Positions 12,607 to 26,617 are shown, counted from the whole stretch's first letter. The stretch is 63,990 bases of DNA, filler included, from Phoronis australis (GCA_002633005.1; 5 parts of 5 records of this genome joined end to end with filler, not necessarily neighbours in it), one strand, 5' to 3'. The notes: a model not told the origin generated them from the sequence alone. Numbers and translations: made by a program.

Positions 12607-15363
12607 NNNNNNNNNNNNNNNNNNNNNNNNNNNNNNNNNNNNNNNNNNNNNNNNNNNNNNNNNNNNNNNNNNNNNNNNNNNNNNNNNNNNNNNNNNNNNN
12701 NNNNNNNNNNNNNNNNNNNNNNNNNNNNNNNNNNNNNNNNNNNNNNNNNNNNNNNNNNNNNNNNNNNNNNNNNNNNNNNNNNNNNNNNNNNNNNNNNNNN
12801 NNNNNNNNNNNNNNNNCACCTTTCCCCCGGTAGTCCCCGGCTTAAGAGTGGTCTATTTCCACTTGACCACTTCTCGGTGGTTTTATTCTTCGATAGCCAA
12901 CCTAGTGGCCTCCTCCCGGGGAAGTCAATCCCAGTCCAAAACATTCGCTTATGGAACATTGTAAAAAGATTTCCTGTTGAGGATATCATGTCTATTTATT
13001 CCAACCCCCTAATGCGGGGAATAATGGCAGGACACGTTTTTACTGACGTGGGGTCATTTTTTCACGGGGTCATTATTTAATGCTACCCGGCTGTTCTGTT
13101 TGATCAATGGCCAACTGGTTATAGCACCAACCCTCGTGTTTTGTATCAAGCCAACTTGTTTTTTGTGTGAGGCCGTCGCATTTTGAGGTCCAATACGTTT
13201 GGTCATCGGCCATTTGGTTTTGCAGTCCAGCTGACTGGTTTTGAAGTCCGAAAACCAACGTCTGCTTTTTCTGGAACAGCGATTTCTCCAAGTCTCTTTT
13301 TCGGGAATGGACGCTTTCTGTTGATGCACGCTGTACGGGAAAATTCCCACTACATTTTAATATCCTCTTTCATGCTTGGATGAAAATGTCTTGGCGCTTT
13401 CTGGGTTATGCATATTCATTGTACTGTAGATTTCGTAATAAACATTAAAAAAATAAAATAAAAACGTAAGAGGCCTGATTCGTCACCCACCAAAGTTTTG
13501 AAACATCAGTGTAAAACCCTGGCGATCGGCATCACCGTAGGGGCGTGATCTGTCGAGAAAAGAGACAACGAAACTAGCACAAATTTTCAAGAGAACTTTT
13601 GTTAACTACCAGTGCTTTGGGAGGCCTCGCATGACATTGTTGCTACATGTATGTGTGACCCTCTTTTTGTAGTATAAGTCATCTAAACGCTCTCTTGAAA
13701 ACGTACACCCTATCATGCATAACTCGAAAATGCACCGATCTTCCAAGGCAAGTAGATTCCGGTTCACAAATTCAAAATTTTATGGAGTGTAAAGCTGTAA
13801 TTCTTCAGGTACTCCTCTGTAGCAAACGATAGTGAAGTACGCTGCAGTTATCTTTTCTGTGTTTGTTTGTCCTTTCTGTCTTTGTTTGTCTTTTTGCGAG
13901 TTTATAACAATAACGCGAGATTATGTCCACTCACAGTTATTCCAAGATCCATCTACCATCTTATAAGTTGTGTTAACGTTTTAAGCGTAAAACTCCCCAT
14001 AAGAACTCCAGTAAGATTTAGCGTGTGTAGCAAAGACTCGGGGCAAAACAAGAGCAATATGGGTTTTGCCCCCTTACGGTGACGTCACATTGACTAAGGA
14101 GAATCCCGCAATTGAGCTGTTGGGAACATTAACTATAGCATCAATTTGTACCAATATCCTGCTTTTGAAATTATATATATCCTTTCATACTTAGGGTCCC
14201 CGTCCCTTGTAGGGGATCTGTTGATACACGAACACTATTTTCCTGTTTTCATTTCATATGCTTTCCAGCTCAGGGAGGGGGGTGGGGGGAGTCAACGATG
14301 GAATCAGCTGACTATCGTGTCCTGTTTTTGTGCAACCATACAACTTTCAATGTTAAGGAAGCTCGCTTCCTCAGCAGTCACTCAAAATTGTAATAAGCTG
14401 CAAGTCGTTTCCATTGTTAATGATATAGCCTGTCTGGGGGACCTCTCATAGAGAGACGGACTGGGTCATTTGCCCCCTTTGCCCCGTGAAACCACGTTCC
14501 TCGAAGTACAGTTGTTATTTTATGTTATTTGTTTGTCTTATCTATTGGCAATTTATTTCGTAACTGTGCNNNNNNNNNNNNNNNNNNNNNNNNNNNNNNN
14601 NNNNNNNNNNNNNNNNNNNNNNNNNNNNNNNNNNNNNNNNNNNNNNNNNNNNNNNNNNNNNNNNNNNNNNNNNNNNNNNNNNNNNNNNNNNNNNNNNNNN
14701 NNNNNNNNNNNNNNNNNNNNNNNNNNNNNNNNNNNNNNNNNNNNNNNNNNNNNNNNNNNNNNNNNNNNNNNNNNNNNNNNNNNNNNNNNNNNNNNNNNNN
14801 NNNNNNNNNNNNNNNNNNNNNNNNNNNNNNNNNNNNNNNNNNNNNNNNNNNNNNNNNNNNNNNNNNNNNNNNNNNNNNNNNNNNNNNNNNNNNNNNNNNN
14901 NNNNNNNNNNNNNNNNNNNNNNNNNNNNNNNNNNNNNNNNNNNNNNNNNNNNNNNNNNNNNNNNNNNNNNNNNNNNNNNNNNNNNNNNNNNNNNNNNNNN
15001 NNNNNNNNNNNNNNNNNNNNNNNNNNNNNNNNNNNNNNNNNNNNNNNNNNNNNNNNNNNNNNNNNNNNNNNNNNNNNNNNNNNNNNNNNNNNNNNNNNNN
15101 NNNNNNNNNNNNNNNNNNNNNNNNNNNNNNNNNNNNNNNNNNNNNNNNNNNNNNNNNNNNNNNNNNNNNNNNNNNNNNNNNNNNNNNNNNNNNNNNNNNN
15201 NNNNNNNNNNNNNNNNNNNNNNNNNNNNNNNNNNNNNNNNNNNNNNNNNNNNNNNNNNNNNNNNNNNNNNNNNNNNNNNNNNNNNNNNNNNNNNNNNNNN
15301 NNNNNNNNNNNNNNNNNNNNNNNNNNNNNNNNNNNNNNNNNNNNNNNNNNNNNNNAACTCACC

Positions 15364-15364
<1 letters not shown>

Positions 15365-15448
<84 letters not shown>

Positions 15449-15450
15449 CA
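15365..15450. repeat. (CAGG)n microsatellite
   Basis: About 21 perfect CAGG units. Confidence 0.98.
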
Positions 15451-15800
15451 AGTAAGTAATTAAGCAAACAAGTAAGAAAGCTAGTAAAATGTTTATTTTA
15501 CATCGGTACAGGAAAATACAAAACAAGAAGAACATAGGTGCAAGTGCTAGTCACCGATAAAATATGAGAAGTATACTGTATACAGTAGATGAGAATGTAA
15601 AATGAAACATAAACAATGACAGTGATATCTTACTTCACTTATCAAAAGACATAATTCTACATGACCTTTGACAGGTATGTTCTTATTTCAAAAAAACTTG
15701 ACAAGCCACTGCTGAAAGTTACTGGTTCCAAAGAACAACTTCCTGTTGTTTAATGGAGTTTGTCTCATAAGTTATCCCATTGGACCTTCAAACCGCCAAA
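15451..15800 (-). mobile_element. CR1/L2-type LINE 3' end remnant
   Basis: Minus frame SIKQQEVVLWNQ...FLK resembles the CR1 ORF2 C-terminus; AATAAA followed by a degenerate tetranucleotide tail merging into the microsatellite. Confidence 0.45.
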
Positions 15801-16262
15801 TAGGTTCCCCCCTGACATTATAGGGCAGCTTCCGAACAGTGACACATTGCAAAGGACCAATGCCGTTTAATGTTTGAAAACTTCAATCCCTAATTATTTC
15901 ATTGTAGAAGGCAGAACTACTGTATTAAGGATGATAAAAATGTTTCTATGATTAAAATTGTTTGAAGGCAGATGCACAGTGCAATCAATGCTAGTAATGA
16001 TGCTCATTTCTCTTAATGCTTATTTTTGCTGAGCACTTAGACAAAATGAAACTTCAGTTGTTGGCCATACTGTGTGCTAAAGTGAGTATTTTGGTTATCT
16101 ATTTCAGTGAAATAGGATTACTGTAACAAGGTGTTTAGGGGAAACGGTATTCAGGTTGTCAATTTTTATTTTGGGTAGGGTGCAGGCTTGCAGAGATATT
16201 GTTTTAACTTTGTCTTTGCCATTAAAGTTGGGCTCAAAACTTGTGTTTCCTGGTTACTCATG

Positions 16263-17410
16263 GAAGACATCGAACCGTTTGTATGCAAGCTGTACGGCGA
16301 GTCATCAACAGTTAACAAAGCACGCTACCACATATTCAGATTGAAATCTGTGATCTGCCTCCTCATCATGACTGTTTGCTGCTACATGCTAAAAGAGCAA
16401 ACTACCAGTGTGCCATTCAAAAAACGAGCATTGCAACAGCATGTCAGTGCACCATCTCCAGCTACTAATAGGTGGCTTTTGGAGCGGGGTACAAGTCACA
16501 GTAGTCTGATGCTCCACTCGATGACTCCGCCTTTAGCCCCAGAAAATGCCATGAAAAATGTTAATGGCAAGTGTAAAAGAAGTGGTGTAGTAAAAAAATA
16601 TGCTCTTGCTTGAAGTCAGGCATGCCATGTTCTAAGTTGTGTGACTGTCCAGACTTTGTGAACATGGTGTCTCAGTCAAAAAACAACTTTTGATGACAAT
16701 AATAATAATATAAATAATGATGGAGTGGATGAAGGAACATAAGTGTATGCTATGTTGTTGAAGATCTTAAAATTTTCAACGTAATGGAAAATATGGACAA
16801 CATTTTATCATGCTCATGACTGACACTGCTCGGTGTGTCATTCCCTGTGACAGTGAACTGCAATGTGGGATAATGTTAATTAATTATGACAATTACTAAA
16901 AATTGATGACAGAAAATTTGTTGCAAAATCATTGGAAAAGTATGGTGTTCACATGTAGATTGTGATGTCAAATCTTTATCAAGTTCCAAATGGTTAACAA
17001 TATAGTTCTTTTTGTAGGAGTTCAGAATATAGTAATATGTTTTTGGCCAACAGGAGGCGCTGCTAAAATTGTACTTTTTCTCTTTTTTGAGCAATTTTTC
17101 GCCTAATGTCATAATATTTATCACTTTCCTGTTCAATAACCTCAAATGAACAAAACCCAATCAAATTATCATTCAGTTTTTGTCTAGTGTTGTTGGTTTT
17201 TGAAGATTGGTTTTCTGTGTCAAATTTTGCAAAAAGTCAGATTTTTGAGGTCAAATTTCTCGAAAACGTGCAAGTCAAACCTTCGGAACTTTTTAGATTC
17301 TTAAAGTATACTACTTAATGACCTAAAAAACACCAAAATTATCTTGCCTCCAAAAAGTGGCCACGGAAGTGATTTTCTAGGCTTCCTGGAGTCGAATGGA
17401 CAATGGCCTA
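16263..17410 (+). mobile_element. Academ (XPG/Cys8-type) DNA transposon 3' remnant with right terminus
   Basis: Frameshifted EPFVCKLYG..VNKARY..LPPHHDCLLLHAKRANYQ..PSP..MTPPLAPE..CK..CSCLKSGMPCSKLCDC (CXC/Cys8 C-terminus, ~16263-16665). The end ...GGACAATGGCCTA at 17410 gives a TAG-starting TIR. Confidence 0.7.
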
Positions 17411-17439
17411 TAGGCATGGAAAAACACAGCACAATGGCA

Positions 17440-17530
17440 GTAGTGTTAAAAATTTCGTGGTGACCGGGATTTGAAATAGAGTTGCACGAGCGATAATCAA
17501 TCGCCTAAACCATTCGACCAAGAGGCAATT
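17440..17530 (-). repeat. tRNA-like/SINE head remnant
   Basis: Minus strand A-box-like TGGTCGAATGG and B-box-like TTTCAAATCCCGG; no clean cloverleaf. Confidence 0.35.
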
Positions 17531-17977
17531 GCCACTTGGTAAGTGGCTTAGAGAGGCTTTATCTGACTGTAGGCCTACGTGTCGTAACAACCGGAAGTCA
17601 CTCTTCACAACACTATGGGAATACTGACATGGCCCATCCGAAGAAGTGTAACCCGGGCATTAACAATGGTAGACTATGAAGAAATAAATGGACTACTAAA
17701 GGTATTACTGAAAACTAGCATACAAAAAACTGGAATATAGAAAAACCGAGAATAAAAATTCAACAATCGAGGTAAAGAAAGGTACCTAGGCAGGACTAAG
17801 GTGGCACTGAATAGTTAGGCTGCGGCCACGGCCAATTTGCACTCCAAAATGTTAAAATTTTGCGGTAGGCCAAGTTTGGGGGCATCTTATATGTGGGCAT
17901 TGCATGTAGGCTCAGTGAATGTGGTTTGTTTGTATTTGTGAACGTGTTGAGAATGAAAAAAGGCCACTTTCTCGGCT

Positions 17978-18455
17978 GCAGCTGCACTCTTCTTCAAGAT
18001 GGTGGCCCCCTGTTGCAATTGTACATTGCTGTGTAGCAACTGAGAAATTGGAAGCGATTTCAGGTAGCCCTCAAACAAGCCAGATTTGCAAAAAAAACTA
18101 GTTGGTTGACAGTACTTTTGTACCACACTATTGGAATCGGTAGGAAATTTGCTTTCACAATCTAATGTTGGCTTTAGTCAAGCATCGGCAGGGAAGTGGT
18201 GATTTTAGAGTGAAAAGTGCCAATTTTGCATTTTTTGCCCTTATTTCAGCTAGGTTTCCACTGGGAGTGAAAGGGTCAAAAAAAAAAGAGAGAGTACAAA
18301 GTTTCTGTGCTCATCTGAAGGGCTTGTGATGTGAAATGACTCAAAACTTTTCTTCATTTGCATGCAGTTTTTGACAGACTGAAGAAAGGGTGAAGAGTCC
18401 ATTGGCGTGTGTTCTGATATGCAAATCCCAATGAGAACTGTTCAGTGCCTCTTAA
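17978..18455 (+). mobile_element. ~480-bp dispersed repeat, copy A
   Basis: Clearly homologous to 23417-23862 (inverted) and 34116-34598; ends GTGCCTCTTAA. Confidence 0.9.
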
Positions 18456-18775
18456 TGACTAGAATTTGCAGCGCCTGAAACTACAGACTTTTGGGGGTAC
18501 CCCTTTTGGAAAGAGGTGCCATTTACTGTATTAACGTGCAATCTTAACTCTCATTTATCTTTCAGGTTTCAATAACCTACAAACACTTTGTGAACATACG
18601 TGTCTCAATCTTTGAAATTAGTAGACCGTGTGTAATGTAGTCAAATGCTTTTGACAAGTCGATCAGCAAACAACCTGTAACCAATCTGTTGTCCATTGCC
18701 GACTTGATATCTTCAGTAAACCTTAGTAATACGTTTTGGCAACCATAACCTTTTCTAAGGCACACACGCTATTGG
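18456..18775 (-). mobile_element. CR1-like LINE reverse transcriptase fragment
   Basis: RKGYGCQNVLLRFTEDIKSAMDNRLVTGCLLIDLSKAFDYITHGLLISK then MRVKI..SKW..KGVP (RT motifs), degenerate. Confidence 0.85.
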
Positions 18776-20139
18776 ATCACTAATTGCGTGCGTTTTATAC
18801 ACTCAACTCCTTTTTCAAAGAGACCTATTCTCAGAACTCAGATAGCCTTACTGCCCAGAAATCGAATCAAACCTTTACAACAAGGATCACAGAAATTAAT
18901 TATTGTACAAACGATACAAATAAATATACAAATAGTTCTTCGTAGTTCAGTTGCGTAAACACAAGTATATGTCGGTAAAATTTAATCAGGCTTTATTAAT
19001 GATTGTCGGGTCGATCGCTGTCAATTCTCCTTTGATCGTCACCAACTCTCCCCCGAACGCGGTGATTTCAATTTTCGTTCACGAATGTGGAATTATTTCA
19101 AGCCTCACGGCAGCCCAAACGTAGACATTGACCTTCAAATCAGAGTTCACGCATATGAAGAACGCCAGAGTTTCACGTGCTCGCAAGACCTAGGGCCACT
19201 ATTACTCCCAGGCATGACCAAAGGCCTGTCTTCTAGGCTTGAACTGCGTGCACATCACAGAGACGCAGTGGCACGAGTACAATTTCCAAAGGACGTGAAA
19301 AATGTTTACGTTACTTGCCGGCACCTGTATGTCTTTTTCATGTCCCGAGGGGCGTCGCCCCATGGATCCTTCCGAGCTTTCGGCGCCTTTTAATGTGGAG
19401 AGGGCAAGATGGTGGGATCCTACGCACGCAGCATGTATGACTTATAGTTTAGCGAGATTTAAGAATGCTGTAAATTAACCGTGAGTTAATGGCATGCTTG
19501 AAGTTACTATATCCGGATCATTTTATAAAAACGGGGTATTAGTACGTCGTTCAGTTGTTGCCTATAAACACCCGCTGAGGAAACGAAATTTTCGCGAAAA
19601 CCAGTCAGTCACTAATCCGCAGTAGAATGAATCAGGCATCGTAGGGAAAACTATTTTACATCAATAAACAAAAGGTAATTTATGTTTTTCGCATCTGGTA
19701 AATTACCTTGATGAATGATAATGTACTTCGTCTAATCATGATGTCAACTATGTCGTCAAAGTACATTCAAGTACGTGCGACGGTAAAATTGTTGGAGGGG
19801 CACAAACCAATTCGATTTCGCTGAACTGTCATCCCGCCCCCTCTTCTTCATTCCCCCCCTCCGTCCCCTATTCTCTGAATGTCGTCAATTTCGTGCAGAC
19901 CCCCACGCCCGCTATAAGTGAAGAGGCAAACCCCAGATGGCAGCCAACAGAACTGTAGTAAGCTCGTTTCAACAAAACAGTGAGGATTAGGCCACGAAGA
20001 CGGATACCTGGGTGCTGGCCCAGTGCCTGCCATACACGAACCTCAAATCGTACCTATTTGGCTGCGCTGAGGTCAAGAATCATTTTTATTATTTTTAGAA
20101 TTTGACGATAGAATTTGCTGTCTTTGTCACACTGGTCAG

Positions 20140-20562
20140 GTCGAAACTGAAGCTTCTGTTTGAGGGTTCGTTTTTCTTAGATGCCAGAAACACCTTTTAT
20201 TGTCAAGTTGAGATTAAATATCAACGATTCCGTGCAGAAATCTGTGAAAGTAAATTAATTACAATCATGCAAAAAGATGTTATCTGCAAAACTTTTCATT
20301 AAAAAAATTTATCAAGTTAGGAAAAATTATACTTATATATGACCACTCTTATCTCTGTGTTCTCTTTTTGGTCCTCTTGCAATGCGTGTACACTTGTTTT
20401 TTCTTCTTTTTTGTATCTGAAGTGACTTATAAGCCCCGTAGAGGGCTGGGTGTTCCTGTTTTGTAACGTTTTCATTGTTTAAATTAATTTGAACACATGT
20501 CACTGTAATAAAAAATACTTAGTATACTTACTTACTTACTTACTTACTTATTTACTTACTAC
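20140..20562 (+). mobile_element. LINE 3' end with (CTTA)n tail
   Basis: Degenerate ORF2-like C-terminus, small hairpin AGCCCCGTAGAGGGCT, AATAAA and a TACT/CTTA tandem tail. Confidence 0.55.
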
Positions 20563-23416
20563 GGTCCAGTTTAGGGAATTTAATTTTTCTTTTAATAGGG
20601 TCATGCTATTATGAAGGTGTATTTTGAAAGGGTGAGGTTTCGGGATGTTTCGAAATTCCTTGTTAAAACACGGGTAGCCTGTATTCCGGTGGCTGGGGAC
20701 AAATGACACACAGAGTGTCCCAAAATGCATTTACTCTTCAGAACAATGCCGGGAGTTCAAATTTAGTTGCCGTGGATAAAGTTCTGCGCCTGGGCCTAAT
20801 GTATGGCTAAAATTTTTTGAAAGGGTGGGTAAGCCATCGCGTGCTCTGTATGCACGGGAATGATAAATAAACTAATCAGATTTTTAGAACAAAAATTCAA
20901 TGCGCAATAGTATATTGGAAACTTCAAAATACGAAGAAAGCCCAAAGACAGTTAATCTTCTCAAGGCGAGATAATGGACAATGCGTTTAATTTGACTTAA
21001 TTCCCTTATGATCTCCTGATCACTAATCTTGTTCCTAAGTGAACAAAAAATGCATTTATTGTGAATTGTGAGTACATTATTTTTGAGACACCCCTTAGAA
21101 CTGTTTGAATTTATCAATGCATTGAGAGATGTATTATAAACTTCCCTCGTGAGTTTCTAAAGAACACACGGTACGTTATTGTTTTTATACCCAGACCCAA
21201 AGTCTATTCTCTGCACACTGACTCGACTAGAAAATTATCCAGTCATGCTGTTTAACCGAAGACAACTTTTATGGGTTTACTCCTCGGGTGCAGTGTATTT
21301 GCATAGTTACATTTCTAGTTGAGTTTCGACTACTACGGACTCCGGGATCAATTATGCTCCTGGAGGGGTCACAAATACTAACTATCTAAGTGTTTATCCC
21401 GTCCCCCAAAACCACTTCTCATTTGGGTTAAAGTACAGTAAGCCGTAAGTATTCAAAGTCAAAAGTTCGTTCATTTGACGAAAGGAGACAATCTGACATT
21501 GAAAACAGCTACAGCTACATGTACAGCTACAGCTACACTATACATCCCCATTCCTTGACATAAACCAGCGTTTTATTTAGACTATTGTACTGCTATGAAA
21601 GTGTTTTTTTTGGCAATTTAGGATTTCGAGAGAACTTGGAGAGCGTTTTTCTTGAGATGGGGCTCCACAAATTTGCTCAAGGCGTGTCATTTTATGCCCC
21701 AAGCTGGGTCTGTAAGGAATGTCAGAAATCAGAAACACCTTGAGACCAATTTTACGACGGTAAGTAGGCATGTTTATAGCCGCAATAACAGGAACAGCGA
21801 CCAGCTTTGATTTTCACGAGCGGCACACATACTGTTGTGGACCCAAAATAAAGACAGTGTCAGAGGCCGCATCCTGTGACAGTTGATCATGTGACAAAGT
21901 AATACCGAATACTCATGGGCATCCTTACCCCACGTGACAGCCTACGTATCATTTTATTAACTAAATGTGGAATCTCGTTATGGTGTACATGTATCAAAAC
22001 ATGTGGGTATATGTTACAGGTTTAGCAGAATTGAGCGATATGCAGGCACGAAAAATATTTTGGGCGCTTAACTTTTTTGAAAAGTATCACGTAAGCTCCC
22101 CCGACCTTAAATTAAATTGCCACAATTGTTTAGGCCTTTTTGGGCAAGCCCTATGAAACCTTCCCTTGAGTCGCTGCTGGTTTTGATTTTCTGGTGGCGG
22201 ACTTGAAATCCTATCACGTACGGTAATTCAATATTTTGAGACCGATGATTTTACTAAAAGCAAAAAAAGATCTAATTCGATTTTCGCTTCTTAAGCAGTT
22301 AAGAAGGACGGGAATGCAACTCTAACTTTCTGATACTATCGGTATACTCACCGCTTATTCAATTTACCACTGCAATTGTAACTGGAAACTTGTACGGCTG
22401 CATTTGGATTACGCTGCCACTGGCAACCAATAGGAGACTATAAATGTCCAGCCTCCTGGCGACAGTATCTTCATTAATGAGCCCGCTGGGAAGACTCTAG
22501 ACGTTAAAAACGAAAAATGTGGGGACTTTCTCAAAACTTCATAACGCTCCTTACACTTGCTGTACGTCGTCTCCGTTTGGCACCTTTGTTACGTGCGAGA
22601 CTATCTTGCTATTGCGATAGAAAAGAGGAAGTTTGCAATACTGAGGAAGGTAGCGATCAGGGTCTGTTTACTACCCTAATCTTTGCGGCACGAAATTGGT
22701 TGTTGCTTTATTTTCAAAATTCTATTTATTCATAGATATTGGGGGAAGGTACATAAAGTTTGCTTTTCGCTTTGACCCCTTTCACTAAATGTAGTGTAAA
22801 CCACTTTTAATGACGTGTATGGCCAATCACCCTTGTTCTCTCACAGCCAATCATCACGTGTTCTCTCACAGCCAATCAGCTAAGACCAAATTGTTAGTTC
22901 ATTGTAAAAACAAAATAATGATCGCTCAAAACCATTCTATGAAATGTTGCACAAACAATAGTAAAAACAACAAAAATCGACACAACAGCTATTCAAGTGT
23001 AGATTTTCTATTCCAATTTTAAAAAGTTTTTGTTCACTTCAGCATGCAAACGACCACGAATATGGTTTTACAGAACACGTTTTACGTTATCATTCGACAA
23101 CCTCTGTAATGTTAGCAAATACCCCCTGACCACAGGTAGATCTCTGACGACGGCGTTTTTCAAATCTTTTTGGTTGTGTCCCAGAGGCCATATCTGTAAT
23201 GGGTGTTTACACTTGTAAAATATATTGAAGGTTGATATCAGTATTCACAGCCATTGGATACTCAGAGCAAACAGAGGCAGTAATGTTGTCCTCAAGTCAA
23301 TTTTAGTTTAAAATTTCAAAAAACGCATATTAATTCAGTTCAAAATTTAGCCCAGATAATCATTCAACACAAACTTCAAAATGTTTTCAAACGGCCTCCA
23401 TTTTATAGGTGGTGAG

Positions 23417-23862
23417 GAGGCACAGAACAGTTCTCACTGGGTTTTGCTGGGCACATCACTTGATTGGTCACCTTTTCTTCACTCTGTCAAAAACAGGATG
23501 CAAGTCAGTTATTTCACATAAAAAGCCCTGCAGATGAGCGCAGAAACTTTATTCTCTCTTGTATTTTTGACCCTTTCAATCCTACTGAAAACCAAGCTAG
23601 ACTAAGAAAAGTGCAAAATCGGCAGATTTCACCCCAAAAACACCCACCACTTCCCTGCCGATGCACTACTAAAACCAACAATAGATTCTGAAAGCAAATT
23701 TCCTACAGATTCCGAAAATATGGTCCAAAAGTACTGTCAACCAACTAGTTTTTTGGCAATTCTGGCTTGTTTGAGGTCTACCTAAAATCGCAGCCAATTT
23801 CTCAGTCGCTACCCAGCAATGCACAATTGCATCCAGGGGCCGCCATCTTGAAGAAGAGTGTA
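23417..23862 (-). mobile_element. ~480-bp dispersed repeat, copy B (inverted)
   Basis: Reverse complement of 17978-18455 and 34116-34598. Confidence 0.9.
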
Positions 23863-24478
23863 ATTCACAAATAGTGGTCTTCACGTTCTTCAAAATTCCA
23901 CCCTTTTGATGGTGGCAATCCTAATGTATTTTTTCAAAGTTTTGATTGTTTGGTTCGAATGACTGTGTTGTGCACGAATGTTTTGTGCTTTTTTGATGAA
24001 TTTGAAATCACAACTTCCATCGTGAATACTTGGCAGTGTCGGAGTTTCATGTATAGACTAGAGGGACAAAGGGACATTTCTCCCGAACTGCTCCACCGAG
24101 AGAGGGTACAGTCTGAAATGGGACAACTTAAGATGAAAGGCTAAACAACATTTAGGTTGGAAAAAAGAGTGACAGTGCATTCCACCGTCGTGTGGTCCGA
24201 AAACGATGCATGGAGTGACCTCCTTCAACACGAAAGCCGGTTGCACGATTTCACAAAAACAGTAAAGTACAGGTAATCGATTCAAACACCGGGCCCTCCG
24301 TGAGTGGCCCCTTAAGAATTTGTCAATAAAACACAAAAAGGGGTGGCCACTTGAATGTCATCAATGGCATTCCTTCAACAGCGGTGCCCCTAAATATGAA
24401 AATATCTATATTTTTAAATATCGGGAAATGCGCAGCAATTGATGTTATCTGTCTGGTCATCAATTTTAGTCAATTAAT

Positions 24479-24626
24479 CAGTGGCGGATTTAGAGGGGCC
24501 ATGGTCTCCTTAAAATTCTCCTAGATTACAATTGGCAGTTCGGGGGAGCGAATGTCTGACGGGCAAAAGTCTGGCTAATACTTCCCCCTGCGCCCCCTCC
24601 AACCCAAAATCCTGGATCCGCCCCTG
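24479..24626. mobile_element. MITE (CAGTGGCGGAT...ATCCGCCCCTG)
   Basis: TIRs; homologous to 40941-41097; flanks TTAAT/GTAAT (4 of 5 match). Confidence 0.85.
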
Positions 24627-26359
24627 GTAATATACAGTTTCGAGAAAAAATGAAGCGAAAGTTGTCTCCGTTATCCCTTGCCAGACAGGGTCATCTGGAA
24701 AAAATTCGCAAATTTGACTTATTGAATTTAAAAAGCCAGTGTGCTCCGCAAAAGCTTCACTTTACAAATTTTCTCGATTTTTGAAATATATGTATGATTG
24801 ATTTCGTGCACGTTTTTAAGTACTTTTAAAGGACCTGTGCTGCCAGCGGAGAATCTAACGACAATGTCCTGCCCAGGGTCCTCAAAAGATAAACCATGCA
24901 CTGATGCAGAGTTGTTAAACGTTCTCTTGAATTTTCTCTTATCCGTATTTCACAGTCTTTCTTTTCTCGAATGTCCCCGGCCTCCCGCCTATGTCGGTTG
25001 CCACCGTTTAACCATGACGCCTGAAAAAAAAAAATTTTTTTTTGCTGTGCTTGGCAGTTAACAAAGAAGCTAGATGGTATCACACGCTCACAACCCTTTA
25101 CGTCTGGTAAAGTCACTGAACGGGAGAACGCCGCCATGCTAAGATACTTCCGCATCATGTTGTCTGTGAGTGCGGCCGTTGGAATGGAAATAGAATGCTA
25201 TCAGGATGAGGAATATTTGACGCAGGTGCAGTCCATTCACACTTACGGCCTAATTAAGGAAGTCACGAATTCAAATTGCGGCACGCTACCTCTACCATGA
25301 CGTAATTAGAATTGAAGGGTCACTGACCTCGACAGTGCCGGGTTTACTTTTATTGGCCGATGCCCTGGATGAATTCCACAGTATACTTGAGAATATTCTA
25401 GCGCATGTAGACTGCAACTGTTCTTTCTCACTGTTTCAAAATTTGTGGAAGCATTTCAGCCTCTTGTTCTGAACTGACCTTTATAGGGAAGGGCGGAGCC
25501 AGTATAGGACAGCATGTTTACACATGGAAACATACTGGCTATCAAGTTGTCACCTTGAGGATTGATGGAAACAAAAAAGTTTTTATAACAAGATGATCCA
25601 CTGCAAAAGTAGTATATATAGTCCTATAACAATTCAGAGTCAGGTAAACTTCAGAAACCATGAACTTCACAGCTTGAATCAGTCATTTTGTGACTTTGAT
25701 TAACATGAACTGTCACTGCACGAAAAAAACAAGCAACACATCAAATTTATATGCTACTAAAAACAAGCCAGGTTGTGTGGAATTATTCCTTTTTCTATAT
25801 TTTGAGGAAATTTGAAGAATAAAACACAATACGAACTTATTTTTGAGTACTGAGTTGGGTTGTCATGGTCCCTGCACAAACATCCTCTCAAATCTCCTTC
25901 AATCCACACACACATCGCATGACGCACACGTGGCATGAAGCACACGTCACATGAAGCACACCTCAAATATTTATAAATACCTGTCATAAAATATTCATTG
26001 CTTATTCAATTATACAACTTACAAAAGTATATACACAATTTTTCCTTGATGTACAAGACACAAAGAGACAATTCAGTTAACTTGAAAAACAAATTTTACA
26101 CATCTTTGCAAATAGTCTTGGCTAAGACCAGGTAAACAATCCTACAATTATAACACAGTGGAGAAGTTTATACTGTTGTTGAACAACTTGCCCCTTAATT
26201 GAGTTGTAGAATGGAAAAGTGCATTCGGTCTTCATAGATTCTAAATTTCAACACAGAAAAGATTGCAATACTTCACTGAACAATTATAGTTGTTTACCAG
26301 CTTGCACAGGAATCACTGAACTCAGTAAATAACTCTATTTCAAACAACTACTGGACTTT

Positions 26360-26545
26360 AGGTGATTGTGTGGGGCTTAGTGGGATAAGTACCCCCTTCC
26401 TTTGTGGGTTCAAGTCCCACTGGTACACACTGCTAGAGCCTCGAGTCAGGTTTGTAGCTCATCGGCTCAGTTTTAACTGTATATTAATATATTGTAATAT
26501 GGTCCCTGAACGGCCCTGGGCACATCTGGGATAACATGAACCAGA
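26360..26545 (+). repeat. Possible tRNA-derived SINE, antisense in the OGG1 3' region
   Basis: A-box-like GGGCTTAGTGG and B-box GGTTCAAGTCC. Confidence 0.4.
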
Positions 26546-26563
26546 CCACCAGCAATTGTAATT

Positions 26564-26617
26564 TTAACTACTGGACTTCCTGTCTTGAAACTTCTTCAAG
26601 TCGGCACTGAAGAGGAC
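26564..26617 (-). CDS. OGG1: OGG1 (8-oxoguanine DNA glycosylase) last coding exon
   Basis: TTTTCCAG| then VLFSADLKKFQDRKSSS*, matching the OGG1 C-terminal VLFSADL motif; phase 0 fits the upstream exon. Confidence 0.85.
   Translation of the reverse strand, partial: VLFSADLKKFQDRKSSS

Noticed and set aside
22420-22880. CCAAT/TATA and triple CCAAT motifs
   Set aside because: Short motifs with no associated gene identified.
24156-24272. Possible plus-strand exon LEKRVTVHSTVVWSEND...
   Set aside because: Weak acceptor, no recognisable homology, no partner exons.
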